Of a DNA stretch of 64,000 nucleotides, positions 39,800-52,899 are shown in pieces (position 1 is the stretch's first letter; each line of letters begins with the position of its first letter). This DNA is from the human T2T-CHM13v2.0 reference genome, Homo sapiens. A program made the translations under genes and the position numbers. The notes under the pieces are model-generated. The model had not been told where the DNA came from. It saw only the letters and a list, made by a program, of their open reading frames with translations, and searched no databases. The DNA lies in NCBI RefSeq assembly GCF_009914755.1, contig NC_060927.1; one strand, written 5' to 3'.

Positions 39800-40860
39800 T
39801 TAAGCCATAGTTTCCTTTCTACTTCAGCTGAGGTTATCATCTTGGTTTTCTTTGCTGACTTTCCCCTCGCCTATACTTGTCCTTAATGTTGTTCTATCCA
39901 AGATTTTGTTGTTAGTTCTCTGCTCCTCTTGCTGGATGATCACATTCAGTATCTAGGCTTTAAATGTCACATAGTTGCCAATGATATCCAAATTTATATT
40001 TCCCGCTCTGACTTTATCACTGAACTTTAGGGCTATATTTACAACTGCATCCCAGACATCTCCAGCAGAACCCAAAATTTCTTTTATCCAGAATCGTTCT
40101 TCCCTCAAGTACCACTCTCAACCAAATGGCTTGAGCCACCTAAAAGATAGCTTGAATTTCTTTCATTTGAACTTATTCTTCACAAGTGCTGTAAGTAGCC
40201 TGAATCGGCTCATTTTTCTCCATCCCTACTGCTATAATTCTAGTCATGCCACCACTGTCTCTCATCTGAGATCCTGCCATGGCCTTTTACCAGTTCTTTC
40301 TGTTTTCTCCCTGGCCTATCTACAGTTCATTCTTTACACAGTTGCCAACAGTAGGTTTTAAAAATGCTTATGAAATCATATCATTTGCTTGCTTAGAGTT
40401 CTCAGATGGTTTTTGTTTATACTTAAATTATAAACTAATTCTTACCATGGCCCAGAAGTCCTTCTATGATGCAGCCCCTACCTTCTGCTCCCTTCACCTT
40501 GCCTCCTTCCTACCCCCAATAAACTATGCTGCAGGCACACTGGTCTTCCTTCTGTTCCTGGGATATACCAAACCTATTCTTGCTTTCTGGTCTTTATATT
40601 TGCTGTCTGCCTGGAAACGCTTACCCCTTGACTCCATTGTCATGACTGGCTTCTTCTAGGTATTCAGGGATCAGCACAGATGCTACCCTATCCATGAGGA
40701 CTTTTCTGACCATCTACTCTTAAGTGGTCCCATTCTTCTCAGTCTTTATCTTTACTCCATTTAATTTTCCTCATGGTATTTGATATCACTCTGTTTATTA
40801 GTAACTAACCTATTATTAATTTGTCTGTCTTTTCCCATCTAAAATAATTTTTTCATAGCC
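39800..40860 (+). mobile_element. L2 (L2a-like) fragment
   Basis: ggctttaaatgtcac...tccaaatttatatttcc...tacagttcattctttacacag...cttaccatggcccagaag...cacactggtcttccttctgttcctgg. Confidence 0.75.
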
Positions 40861-40896
40861 TTTTTTGCATTATAGCACATCTAGGAAATGGCAATA

Positions 40897-41576
40897 CAAT
40901 TTATTCTCATTATTTGTTATAATATATCTTATAAAGTCATTGTGAACACTGAATTAGCAAATACCGACCCATTGCTCATGGAGGAAATGCAGAGTCAGGT
41001 TTTTACAAGCCTCTGGCCCAAAATTCTCATCAGCTCATCGATGTATAACTTTATTCTAGTCATGCCATTCTAGTTTCTGTTTAAAGACACTTAAAAAAAT
41101 ATATATTGGTCATTCATTACCACTGAGCTCATGGCCAACAACACTATAACTTATGTCTGAATAAAGTTTATCTCATACCAGGTGTTTTTTTAAGCTCTGT
41201 AAGGCATATTACAGCCTTCTTGGTGTTAGGAACATTAGACAGAACTTTGGTACTGTGCTTGGGAGTAACACTAAACAGGAAACACACCAAAAAATGGACA
41301 AAAATGTGAAAGACATGACACTAAATAGACTTCTTGCTTGTAGGACAGAAAGGACACTTGCTTATAGTATGAGAGTTGTAATAAGAATGAAGATTGCCAT
41401 CTTGTTCAGACTCAGCCTGGAAAGTACATGTCAGAGAACCCAAAATAGTCACCTCTATGTGCATGTGTGTAAACGCCTGTGAAAACATTGTGAATATTGG
41501 TTCTGGGGTTACAAATAAATTTTGACAAGTAGGTAAATTAGCAAATATGGAATTAGTGAATAATGAGAATTGACCG
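40897..41576 (-). mobile_element. MER82 (TcMar-Tigger) DNA transposon
   Basis: TIRs CAATTTATTCTCATTATTTG and TGAATAATGAGAATTGACCG; TA at the left flank; internal ggggttacaaataaattttgacaagtaggtaaattagcaaata. Confidence 0.85.
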
Positions 41577-42254
41577 TCTTTGTAGCACACACAGGGATAA
41601 ATGGACTAGTGGCTTGCATGCCTAATAAACACCAGATAGTGATGTCCAGTCTAGTACATAATTGGATATGTAACTCTAGATTTCAGTGATCCAGAAAATT
41701 CAAACCCCATCTCAACCACCTAAAGAGCTAAGGGGATTGATATCTTGGTACAGCTCCAGTTCATTGATTTACCCCAACTCAGAAGGAAAGACTTTCTCTA
41801 GAGTGTTATCCTCAGGAGATGTTGCCTTCACTATTGTTATCCTGTTGCCTAGGACAAAGACTGGCACATAATACTTATTGAACAAATAAAATTGGGTTGA
41901 ATTCTCATTCTTTAATGCTGAAACAAAAATAAGAAATGTATACAGAAAGAACATTTTTGTGTACATATCTATGCCTTTATTTGTATTGCACCTTTTGGAA
42001 GAATTGAGATATCTTAAAATAAAATTATTGACATTATAAGTCAAAAGTCCTTAATACTAAATGATAGACAAAAGTGAAGCAACAGAAGGAATAGGCAGGA
42101 AGAGGAAATTTTATCTAGTGATCTGTCTGTCTATCTAATCTTCCTGTAATCTATCTATCAATATAGCAGACTGGTCAATATTAAATCAGTTTCTCTTATA
42201 CTAACACCATGATGGCTCTCTTTCTTTTGAAGCTTAAGTGTAAGAAATGCTTCT

Positions 42255-42555
<301 letters not shown>

Positions 42556-43760
42556 TTATTCTGTTCTATTCAAATTCTTTTATTTATTTTTGATAAATTC
42601 ATGCTTCTATGAAGCATGCTGCTTCACATTACTTTGAAAAGAGGAAAAATACTGAGACTCCTGGTAGCTAGAGAAAAGAAGGAAATATGATAGACTGAAT
42701 AGCTTTCTTTTTTTTTGGTAGAAGTAAATATCCTGTTTATAATGAAAGTGTTTTCTCTGAGTGAAATTTGCTTTCAGAATCTTTAAATAAGGAAACCTCA
42801 GCAAGTTACAAAAAATTGAGGGAAAATGCTAAAATGTATTGAATTTTATTAAGTGCCACATAATTTGCTGAATAACCTTTAATTTCTCCCATTCCTTTTT
42901 GAATTTTTACCATAAATCTGTGAAATATGCACTAGTATCATCTATTGGTAATGAAAGGGTAAAGGATTCTAGGTATATCTTCACTAGCCTTTACTTACTA
43001 TTGAAAAAATAGTGTTAAATCTCAGATCTTTTCAGTTCTGCCAGAAGCCTGAGTGATACAGTCAAAGCATATAGCTTATTGGACTTTGTTAAACTATGAG
43101 GTTAAAGCTTTAAAATGATTTCTAGTATTTTTCCAAGGAAAACACTCTTCTATCTGTCCATGCCAGGCAGCAGCAGAAATAGTTTCATTGGTGCTAAGCC
43201 TGCATTAAGGAGACTAATGGCATTGGAAGTTATCTTCATAAGAAGGGTGAGACCTCACCATTCAGAATTGGTGTCAACTTGAGTGGGTGATTCTAAAATA
43301 TCACTCCATTGAAAGCAGATGATTCATGGATGTCCTGAAAAGCAGTTCGGAATCCTTTTCATCCAGCTCTCTTTTAAAGGCTGTTAAATTTTGCCATCAT
43401 TGATATACTGCTGAGCTGACCATGCTGAGGTGCATGTGTCCTGGGGTAAAATTGAAATCGAAGTTGACATGACATGAGAAACTTGGTACTGATGTGCCAG
43501 GGAGCCTGCAAAAAAAAAAAAATGGAATTATTTTCTGTTATCAGAATGTCAGAGACACAGAGCTTGGTTGATTGAATGGCTGTTCTGAGTAAAATAGAAT
43601 TCTCTGTGTGTTTAGAATTCCTTCACTTCTTCATTTCCTATCTGAGAGAATTTCCAGGAGCCAGATATGAAACCCAATGACAGGAAACCTCAGGAGGCCT
43701 GAAATAAGATAGGATGTACAGTGGTGACAGATAGCTACCCTCCGTTTTGGAATGCAGTGA

Positions 43761-43895
43761 AAGCGTGGTGCAGCACAAAAGAGCATGGACTCTGGAGCAT
43801 TGCAGTCTTGGGGTTGAATCTTAAATCTGTCAGCTTTGGGCAAGTTATCTAAGCCTCAGTTTTTTCATCTATAAAATGGAGATTGCAAAGACTTA
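43761..43895 (+). mobile_element. MIR 5' part, split by the MER21 LTR (probably resumes about 44976-45042)
   Basis: aagagcatggactctggagc...ttgggcaagttatctaagcctcagttttttcatctataaaatggagat. Confidence 0.75.
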
Positions 43896-44975
43896 TGTGC
43901 GTCTGAAAAAAATAGATTGTTTTTCTTGCTCTCACACTCCACTCAACACACTTCTGACACCAGATGTGGGAGAGAGGTCTCCATACATACCAAGCAGTTC
44001 TCCAGTGGACACGAGCTGGGTTGCCCTATAGTTCAATTCAATTCTGACACCATCTACCTGGAGAGAGCATCAGATCTCACAGGTTAAAGATTCAATTCCA
44101 CATGATTGCCTTCACTTCAGACGTCAATTGTAAGCCCCAATTTGTGACCTGTGTTTTTGACTAACTGGGTATAAATCCGGGTTCCAATAACTCCTTCCTT
44201 GGGTTCAATTAATTTGTTGGAGTGGCTCACAGAACTCAGGGAAACATTTTACTTATGTTTACTCACTTAATATAAATTATGCAATAAAGTATATAGATGA
44301 ATGTCCCAATGAAAGAAACACATAGGACAAGGTATGTGAGAAGGCACATGGAGCTTCCATGCCCTATGCAAGTGCACCACCCTTCAGGTACCTCCATGTG
44401 CTCAGCAATCCAGAAGTTCCCTGAATCCTGTTCTGTTAGGTTTTTATGGAGGCTTCATTAAGTAGGCATAATTGATTAAGTCACTGGACATTGGTGATCA
44501 ACTCAACATTTAGTCCCTTTTCACTCCACAAAGGTCAGGGGGCGGGACTGAAAGTTCCAAACTTCTCATCACACAGTTGGTTCCCCTGGCAACCAGCCCT
44601 CATCCTAAAGCTGCCCAGGAGCACACCAAAAGGTCTCTCATTAGAACACAAGATGCTCCTATCACTCAGAAAACTCCAAGGGATTTAGTAACTCTGTGTC
44701 AGATGCTCCTGTCACTCAGGAAATTACATAGGTGTTATGAGCTCTGTGGCAGGAACTGAGGTCAAAGACCAAATATTAGAACAAAAAATTATCCTACTGC
44801 CTCTATCTATAAGAGTTTTAAGAGCTCTGTGTCTGGAACCGGAAGCAGAGACCAAATGTATATTTCTTCTTATATCACAAAAAATTCTCCTAGTGCCCCT
44901 GTCTATAAGAGGTTTAAAGGCTCTGTGTCTGGAACCAGGAACAGAGACCAAATATGTATTTCTTCTTATATTATA
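43896..44975 (-). mobile_element. MER21-family LTR (A-like) with a duplicated 96-bp terminus
   Basis: cttctgacaccagatgtg...ttcaattctgacaccatctacctggaga...ctcacagaactcagggaaac...agatgctcctatcactcag; terminal unit repeated at 44781-44876 / 44877-44972. Confidence 0.85.
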
Positions 44976-45152
44976 GGAAGGGTCCAGTGAAACAGTATAT
45001 CTTTAGTCTCCATCACATCACAGGCATTCAACCAATGCTAGTGAAATACCATCTTCCTTGTGAAAAAGTCTGGATGAACTACCAGTGGGCACAGCTTTCC
45101 TCTGGAAAGGCTTGATATTGTTCTATTACATGGCTGCTTACTGTACTCTGAA

Positions 45153-45333
45153 CAACTGGTTCTCAAATGTAGCTACACATTTGAACTCCTTGGGGAATTT
45201 TAGAAACTGTCAATACCTGGCCTCACCTCTAAGGAATTTGATTTAATTATTCTGAGGTATGGCCCCAAAAATAAGAAATTTTTAAAAGTTCACCAGATGA
45301 TTCTGATATATAGCCCAGATTGATGAGCAGAGG
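45153..45333. mobile_element. MER5-type (hAT-Charlie) element
   Basis: tggttctcaaatgtagctacacatttgaactccttggggaatttt...tttaaaagttcaccagatgattctgatatatagcc. Confidence 0.7.
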
Positions 45334-45927
45334 TTTGAGAGATTGTAATAGGGGATGCTCTGCTTATCATTTATTCCTTTTCTTATCAAAGTTGTGCATC
45401 CAAAGGGTCATGGTATTTTGACATCTCTCTCAGTCACACTTCTACCATGCTCCTGCTTAGGTCCTCTCTAGCCGAAAATCACTGGGTAGGGCAATTGGTC
45501 CAGTGTTTTTTGGAGGGACTTGCTAAGGTTCCAAGAATTATGCTCTGTTTCATGCTTAGTGCAGGTAGTAAGTCAGGGTTCAGGCAAAATAAAGGATATA
45601 CAGCACCTTTAAATGCCAAACAGATTTAACAAAAGGAGACATTGAAGTGAGACTGGAGATTTGGGGAATAAAGAAAATTAACTGAAAGCAAAACAAATGA
45701 AAAGTTATGTTATGAGATTACCATAAATATGTCAAAACTGATATTTGCCTAAGAAAATGATCAGGTAAATGGGAAAAGAAGTATGGACATTGAAGTATTA
45801 ATAAGATGTGTGTGTGTGTGTTTGTATGTGTGTGTGAAAAGAAATAAAGTGGTCAAAGACAATATACAGTTGATTATCCAGAGGCATATTAAAAAGTTAC
45901 AGATTTTCCCTGAACACTATAAAAAGG

Positions 45928-46053
45928 TAGCGCATTTGTGAAAAAAGTCGTCATGACTCCGTGAGTCATCGACACATTGGCGGGCGGCTCAAATTTGGAA
46001 TTCATAGTAACCAATTGACTCCACAGGGTGCTTACTCCAATGCAAAAATGCTA
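45928..46053. promoter_or_regulatory. CpG-retaining hairpin/AP-1 element, candidate conserved enhancer or ancient MITE
   Basis: 6 CpGs in 45931-45986; hairpin GTCG-tc-ATGACTC-cgt-GAGTCAT-CGAC; TGAGTCA at 45962-45968. Function is inferred only. Confidence 0.4.
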
Positions 46054-46649
46054 TTATCCTTTGACTGACAGAAGAAGAGCTCACAAGTTCTTTCTCTCTT
46101 TGGATTTGTCTGATTGATATTGAAAATTGGGGAGGGGCTCAAGTTGAGGGCCATAAGATGCCTAAAGATCATAAGGAAAAGACAAGAGAAGACCTTTCAA
46201 GACAAAGGCATTGAATTAAAGATGAATGTCACAATGGCCAGCTAGCTTTCCCCAATATCACCTTATAACATTTCTTCTATAACCATCAGAAAATTTTGGT
46301 TAAAAGCAGGCTTGTAAATTGAAGGACCATTGTGAAATTAAAGAAAGATATTTTCAGATTTTAATTTAAATGTTAATTTTGGACCTAGGCTGAGTGTACC
46401 CATGCTCTAACTTCCATAATGTCATGAGATCTTTACCGTCTCCTAAGATTCTGTGAGTCAGAATACTTTTTGTCGTCTTTTAGGTTTACCCCACACCAAA
46501 GGGTTATAAAAGAGGTCTGGGGACCCCAAATATGTAATACAATTATAATAAGAATATTCCACTAGTCTATTTGAAGTACACACACACACATGCATGAATG
46601 AGACAGAATAGGTATAAGTATATAGAGACAGAAAGAGAAAAAGAGACAG

Positions 46650-46650
<1 letters not shown>

Positions 46651-46694
<44 letters not shown>
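46651..46694. repeat. (CA)22 microsatellite
   Basis: Read directly. Confidence 0.95.
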
Positions 46695-46697
<3 letters not shown>

Positions 46698-46989
46698 CAC
46701 AAGCTTTTGAAACCTCCATATACTGTTACAAATAGCTGTGGGATTTTTAAGCTTATAGATACAGCTATGATAACACCCTTGAAGATCAGGCATAGATGAA
46801 CATTTGGGAATGATTTCTATGTGACTCAGAGGATGCTAACAATGATGTTACTTGAAGCAATTGCTGAGCTAGAATTTCTTCTCTGGCCCTCCTCACTAGA
46901 ACTTCTCTGGCTCTGATCACTTGTAGAAGATTAAGTAATTTTCCCCAACTTTTTAAGAAAATTTATTCCATTTTTTAAGTAACACGGTT

Positions 46990-47380
46990 AGAAAGTTATT
47001 CCTTTGTTCATTGCAGCGTTGTTTTAACAGATAAAATCAGGAAACAAACAAAATGACCAACAGCAAGAGAATATTGAAATAACCATGGTATATCCATTCA
47101 GTGTGCATCTGTTAAACACAATGAAGTAGATCAATCTTCACATGATAATAATGAATGCTCTCCAAAGTATACAGTTAAAGAAAAGTAGTAGGGACAGAAT
47201 GATGAGTGTGGTATCATCTACAATATAGGCATAAAAATTTCTAGGAGATACACAAAATGTCTGTTCACTGCTTGTCTCTGGGGGTTGAGAATGTGAAGGT
47301 GAGAGGGATGCTGTTATTTTATATCTTTTTTAGTTTTTTGAAATCACATATATAAATTACTTCCTTTAAAATGAATAAAA
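46990..47380 (+). mobile_element. L1ME-like 3' end
   Basis: tgttcattgcagcgttgtttt...ggaaacaaacaaaatgaccaacag...aaataaccatggtatatccattca. Confidence 0.65.
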
Positions 47381-49329
47381 CAGTAGGGAGTTATTTCTTA
47401 ATATTGAAAACAAATATTTACTCTACGTGTTCAAGTATTAACAGCTAAGTGCCTAACGAGGTTTAATTCCTAAATACAATTGCTAAATTTGCTTAGAGGT
47501 AATGTCTACAAGAGCATAAATTATATTTTTTTGGTCCACCAAGAATGAAGTATAGAGCTTTGATCCTAATATATTTTAGCAAATGCTGTTTTAATTCCTT
47601 GAAATTGCCATTGGCCCAGCAAGCATTCTTTTTCTTCAAATATTTGCCGAGTGGCACAGGATTTTAAAAATTTGCCCAGCCTGATCTATAGTGATAATCT
47701 AACCCTGGTGTTTGCATATGGGAAATAAGATGGGCTTCAAATGTTTGTTTATTAATATTGCATTTATTTTTTGTGTATCTTGGCAGGTCTCTGATTACAG
47801 TGTTCATATACTCTAACTGTCATGAATATGAAAGGCAATGTCAATTGACATGCATTCTGACAAGCTATTTGCAGCCCTCCAATCTTGAACTCAGTTGCGT
47901 AATTACTTTAAAGATATGTCTGTTTTTAAAATGATCTAGTCAGTCAATCAATAAACTGAAAACTACCTTTAATTTTCATACAGTGCAAAAGGAGAAGCTT
48001 AATAAATGACTAATGCATACTCACAGGAAGGAACACAGAGTATGTCTACTTCAGAACATTTGACCTCTTTTTCAGATAGGTAGCAGGAACATCTGTTTGT
48101 CATGGCAGAACGCCATTGGCAAGTGATCTTTCCAGGTTAATTATTGGATGATGTGCAGCCTTTCAGTAATTTGACAGTGCTTCATTATGAGAGCTTCAAG
48201 TAGGCAGATGTTTCCCTGAAGGAATCAGGAAAGTGCAGTGACAACTTCATTGTAGACTGACAAGAATTCAGATCTCTTCTTGTGATAGAACTGCTAGAGG
48301 AGCTGAAATGTTAGCAGTTTAGTTCTTGAGTGAAATATTGGTAATTAATCATTTGATAGACATAGGAAGAAATAATATTAGAAAGTGTCACTAATCCTTC
48401 TGTTAATTAGAACATCAAAACATCCCCATCTTAAAATTACCCCCAGAAGCATTCCAGATATAACACATTTAAAAGAAAAGAGAGAGATGAAAAATAAAAT
48501 ATACATCATTAGTTTAAGTACACATTTGAGAATGTACAAGATTTCTGCAGCAATCGATTTTAACTGTATTCCTACTCAGTAATATTATTATCACCATTAG
48601 CTGTTTGCCAGTAGATTCAGGTGTAATTTTCTTTTTTTACTGCTCACTGGACCCAAGCCTACCCAATTTAGTGTAGTTGGCTGTGGCGTCTCTTCCTTTC
48701 TTAAAACACAGGGCTTTCCAATTTCCAAGAATGTTTATGGTATAAGAGTAATTTGAAGCAGGTGTTTAAGCTTCACGCCTATGCTGTACAACAGAAGGTT
48801 TATATATTTGTCATTATATATTGAGACAGACCACAGCACTTGGAATGACCATCTGTCACCAAAGCATGCTGTGTGCTGAATGTAAGAGGAATAGGATTTT
48901 TTCACTGCAAACTCCTTTGAAAATAAAGGTTTCACTCCCCCACCATCGGCATCCTTACTCATTATTGTTTTGGATTAAACCAAAAGAATTATTTTTGTTT
49001 CTGTGCTTGCAGGCTGTCACCAATGAGAGAGCATTAGAATACTGCACAGCATTTCTGCTTGGTTTGGTTTACAAAATCGTAAACCCTGAGTTTGAGAGAG
49101 CCGTTAGCCCATGTATTTTCCCCAGAGGAGTGATATTTTAGCCTATATATTTCCTTCTTTGTTTCACAGCACTAAGCAGTCTGGGTTTTTAGTACTAGTT
49201 CTCTTTGCAAGAATCTGGGCTCTTAAGTCATTGTTGCCAACTCATGTGCCCACAGGGACCAGGAAGGTAATGTGAATTAGTGAATCTGGCAGAATAGCAA
49301 TTGTGGCAAGTTGGAGAGACCATTGCCCA

Positions 49330-49545
49330 TCAAGAGGGAGCAGCTAATAGATCTGCTGACTGTTGTGCAGATATGCAGGCCCAGCAACACAGATCTATCA
49401 ATCTTACAGAATAAACTTGAAATCCAGATTTTTACATGTTACCTCCTAATGTTTAAGTATCAGTATTGCATTAAAAAAATTCAAACAAGTATGTAGGTCA
49501 AACAAATACATATGTAGTCTGATGTCTGCCAGTTTAGAAAACATC
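49330..49545 (+). mobile_element. MER103C-like hAT element
   Basis: gaaatccagatttttacatg...ctcctaatgtttaag...ggtcaaacaaatacatatgt...gccagttt. Confidence 0.55.
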
Positions 49546-52065
49546 GCTTTACTAAAAATCTCCAGATCCAAATAAAAAATATTCTTTCAGAATTAATGAT
49601 ATTTTTCCCAGCAGGTATACACACATGACTTATTATAGCAAGAATTTTCCAACTAGATGTAATCTTATCAATAGCTTGTTAATCATAGTGGTAGTGATGC
49701 TGAAGATGTATAGCTTTCTCTTGTTACTTGGTTGTAGACTTTGAGGTCATGTTCACATTTACTCTTTCATAGATTTCCACATTGTAGCAAAACATGCACT
49801 TGGGAAAAAAATAAGATGGGCTGGAGGTAATCCTGAAACTATAAGGTGGGAGCACATATTTTGATTCAGCTGATCTAGATGGGGCTAGAAATCAGGTAAC
49901 TCTGATGCAGGTGTTCATCAACAGTGCTTTATCAAACATTGAATTGGCGAATGATAATGAGTGTCTGATGGCCTGCCCAGATGGTTCAGGGTCAGGAAAC
50001 ACAGTATAGGAAGCTGAAGGAGAATGAGGGAGCAGAAGCTCAGGAAAATGGGACTTACCAGGCAGTAGATTATTAAAGCTAGGGCACAGTCAATAGCATG
50101 GCTGACTTGAGGGAATTCATTTCACTGGACTCTTTATTTATCCCAGGTATTGAGGGGCAAGTCATCCTACAGGTGTGGGGGTGGTGGTGGTGAGTATTTG
50201 CATATGCCAAGGTAGGGCATATGGGACTAGGAGTCATGCAGATCGTGCTACAAAATTTGTCCCCCAAATCAATATAAAACCAATCCAAAATCAATGGAAC
50301 AACAATCAAACTGTACTCTCCTAGCTTGACAGTCTGCTGAAACTGGCTTATACATCTTTTGAGTTGTATGAAGGAGAAGATGAAATATTTTTCATCCATG
50401 CTGCCCAGCTCTTAGCACAGGGCCTGACGCTGCAGGCTGAGTCAGCATTTGTTGAGTTCATGAAGGTAGACACAGCCACATCGACATGGACATACAATGC
50501 ATTTTTGAGAAGAGCTCACTCTCAAATATTTCACTGCTAATATTTTGTGTATGTTTTATAAATTCTTTGTCTTTTTGTAAGTTGAGTAGATATGGTTGAT
50601 TTTTATATTTTAGAAGAACACTGTGATTTGATTTTTAACTGTGATTTTTACGGTTATCAATTACTCTTTACAAAGATTGTTTGTTATTGAGGCAATGTCA
50701 ACCCCGACAGCAAATCCTTGCAGTTCTTTGATTGTAATGGTCTTCTCCATCCACATCAGTGTCACCCTGTGCTGGTAACCTGCTTAACCTGAGGCAGGGA
50801 AAACTTCTTTAGAGGGAAAATCATTGTTAATGAGATTGATGTTCATATGGACACCAGGGAAGTATGTTCCTAGTTCCCCTTCCACACAGTCTGTTCAGAT
50901 TGGATATTTTTTAGTTCTAAACAGAAACATTTTTTTTCTCAGCTTCAGACCTTATACATGATTTGCAGTTCTGATCCTCTTCTGAGTGTCTTATAGAATA
51001 ATAACATACTTTACTGCTAAGAGGATCTAATTTTAGTTCATGGAACAACTCTGTGATGTATTTCTGTTTCTCAAAAGAGCTACTCCCCATTTCATGTAGG
51101 GGTAAATGTATTCTCCCCGGTACTCTGCCCTTCTTATCAGAGGCTTCCCACTCCTCAAAAGGTTTCTCTTTATAGGTTTGACAGACTCTTCCTAATTGCT
51201 AAATGAAGAACCTTCTTTAATACACTATGTTCTATATTCTGAGTTCTTACATTTTTCTGTATGTCATACTGCCTTGACTATAATTTAAATATTGCCCTTC
51301 TACTAAACATGGGTCTTTTTTTAACTATACTTTTGTCTTCAGCATTCCTGAAGTTTCCACATGTTATAGAGAAGCAATCATTATTGTAACCATAAGTCAT
51401 TTAGTAATGACTTGGGAAAATTAGTCTTCACTCAAATGATGTTCATCTCTGGACATTGTTCCAACGTCTTTGAGGGTCAATCTCTTTTCACAATTTAGGA
51501 AAATAAAAAAAATGGTTAAAAATAAAATTATGATTTTTATAAGAGTTACAAGATAAAACACACAAAAAATGGTACTAGCAAATTACTTAAAACAAAGCCA
51601 TTGACAAGTGAGAATCCAAAAGTTAAACCAGATAACAATAAGGAACACAAAAATTGACAAGGATGAAAACAAAATAATTATTTTAAAAGCAAATGATTTG
51701 TGCAGAAAGCTCTGTTATGCTACGAATATTTTTAAAAGTAGCCTTGCCCATTGGTACATTCTTAATTCATTTTAAGAATCCAGGATAGATTCAATAACAA
51801 CATAAATTTTATTAAACACAAGATAAAAATGAACAGTATTTGGGGCTTCATTTTGTTCAATATGAAATCTGCATTAAACATTTAAAAATAGTTATTGTGA
51901 AGTTTTGGGTTTTCATTTTTTACGGATTCATTTTAAGTGTTCTTTCTCAGTTCTAATTATCCTTAGGAAACAAAGGCTTCCTGTATATGTTAAATTTATT
52001 TCACTATTTTGCTGCTCATCAGGGTATATTACTCTTCCTCTTTCCCTCCCTTCCCTCTCTTCCTA

Positions 52066-52280
52066 TCAAACAGGTGAAATCAATTTTAATATTGTATTTT
52101 GTTTAATCCAGTATATCCAAAATACCATAATTTCAACATGTAATTTATGTAAAAATTATTACTGAAATATTTACTTTTTTATATTAAATCTTTGAGGTGT
52201 AGTGTAATTTACACTTACAGCACATTTTAAGTTCTCAATAGCTTCATGTAGACAATAGTCACAGTATTAGACAGCAGAAC
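52066..52280. mobile_element. MER33 (hAT-Charlie) fragment
   Basis: aaacaggtgaaatcaattttaat...tatatccaaaata...tttcaacatgtaat...ttacacttacagcacat...gtattagacagc. Confidence 0.8.
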
Positions 52281-52467
52281 TTTATAAAGATAACTGTAGC
52301 ATCAGTATGGACAAAAGAACTGTCTGGAAAGGGGTAGGTGGTAAGGAGCAAGGGAAATGATTACTGCCTTTGCAAGAGTCCAGTCAAGAAAAGATGAGCC
52401 ATTGAACAAACTAAAGCCAAGGAGGTGAGAATAGTAAGAAGGGGATAGAATTCATAGATGTTTAGGA

Positions 52468-52730
52468 GGCAGTAAGATGCAGTGGAGAAGAGCATAAGCT
52501 CTGGAACCACGTATGTTGCTTAGAATCTTGACTCTGCCTCTTTACAGCTATGTCTCCTTGCAAGTTGCTCAAGCTATGTATTGCTCATTGGGTCAAATAT
52601 AAAATTGCAATGATAATACCAGTGTGCCTGGATAGTAGGGAGGTTGTAAGGATTAAATGAGTTAAAAAATATAATACTCTTAAAAGATGAACTGGTACCT
52701 TTTAGCATTCAATTAATGTTAGTTATCATG
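52468..52730 (+). mobile_element. MIR within antisense L2 sequence
   Basis: gcagtggagaagagcataagctctggaacc...gactctgcc...ggttgtaaggattaaatgagtt...ttcaattaatgttagttat. Confidence 0.75.
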
Positions 52731-52899
52731 ATTGAAATTAATAGGATTTTGTGATCAACTGGATATGGCCAGTGGGAGTGATTAGACTCAAGAACTACTC
52801 CAAAGCCTAGACTACTGTTCTTACTATAGCCCAAGGAATGGTATTATAACAGTTCTTTACAGAAATTCTAATTTAATGCTCCATGTCCTTGCTTAACAA

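Noticed and set aside
39975-40659. Two overlapping ORFs of 126-128 aa
   Set aside because: They lie in a pyrimidine-rich L2 relic, have biased composition and show no recognisable domain.
44737-44976. 79-aa ORF with a 32-aa internal repeat
   Set aside because: A by-product of the 96-bp tandem duplication inside the MER21 LTR.
49349-49396. Hairpin AGATCTG…CAGATCT as a miRNA precursor
   Set aside because: It falls inside the MER103C-like element, which is internally palindromic, and the stem is short and imperfect.
47723-49822. Shared 14-mer AAATAAGATGGGCT at about 47723 and 49809
   Set aside because: Several exact 14-mer matches are expected by chance in 64 kb, and flanking similarity is minimal.
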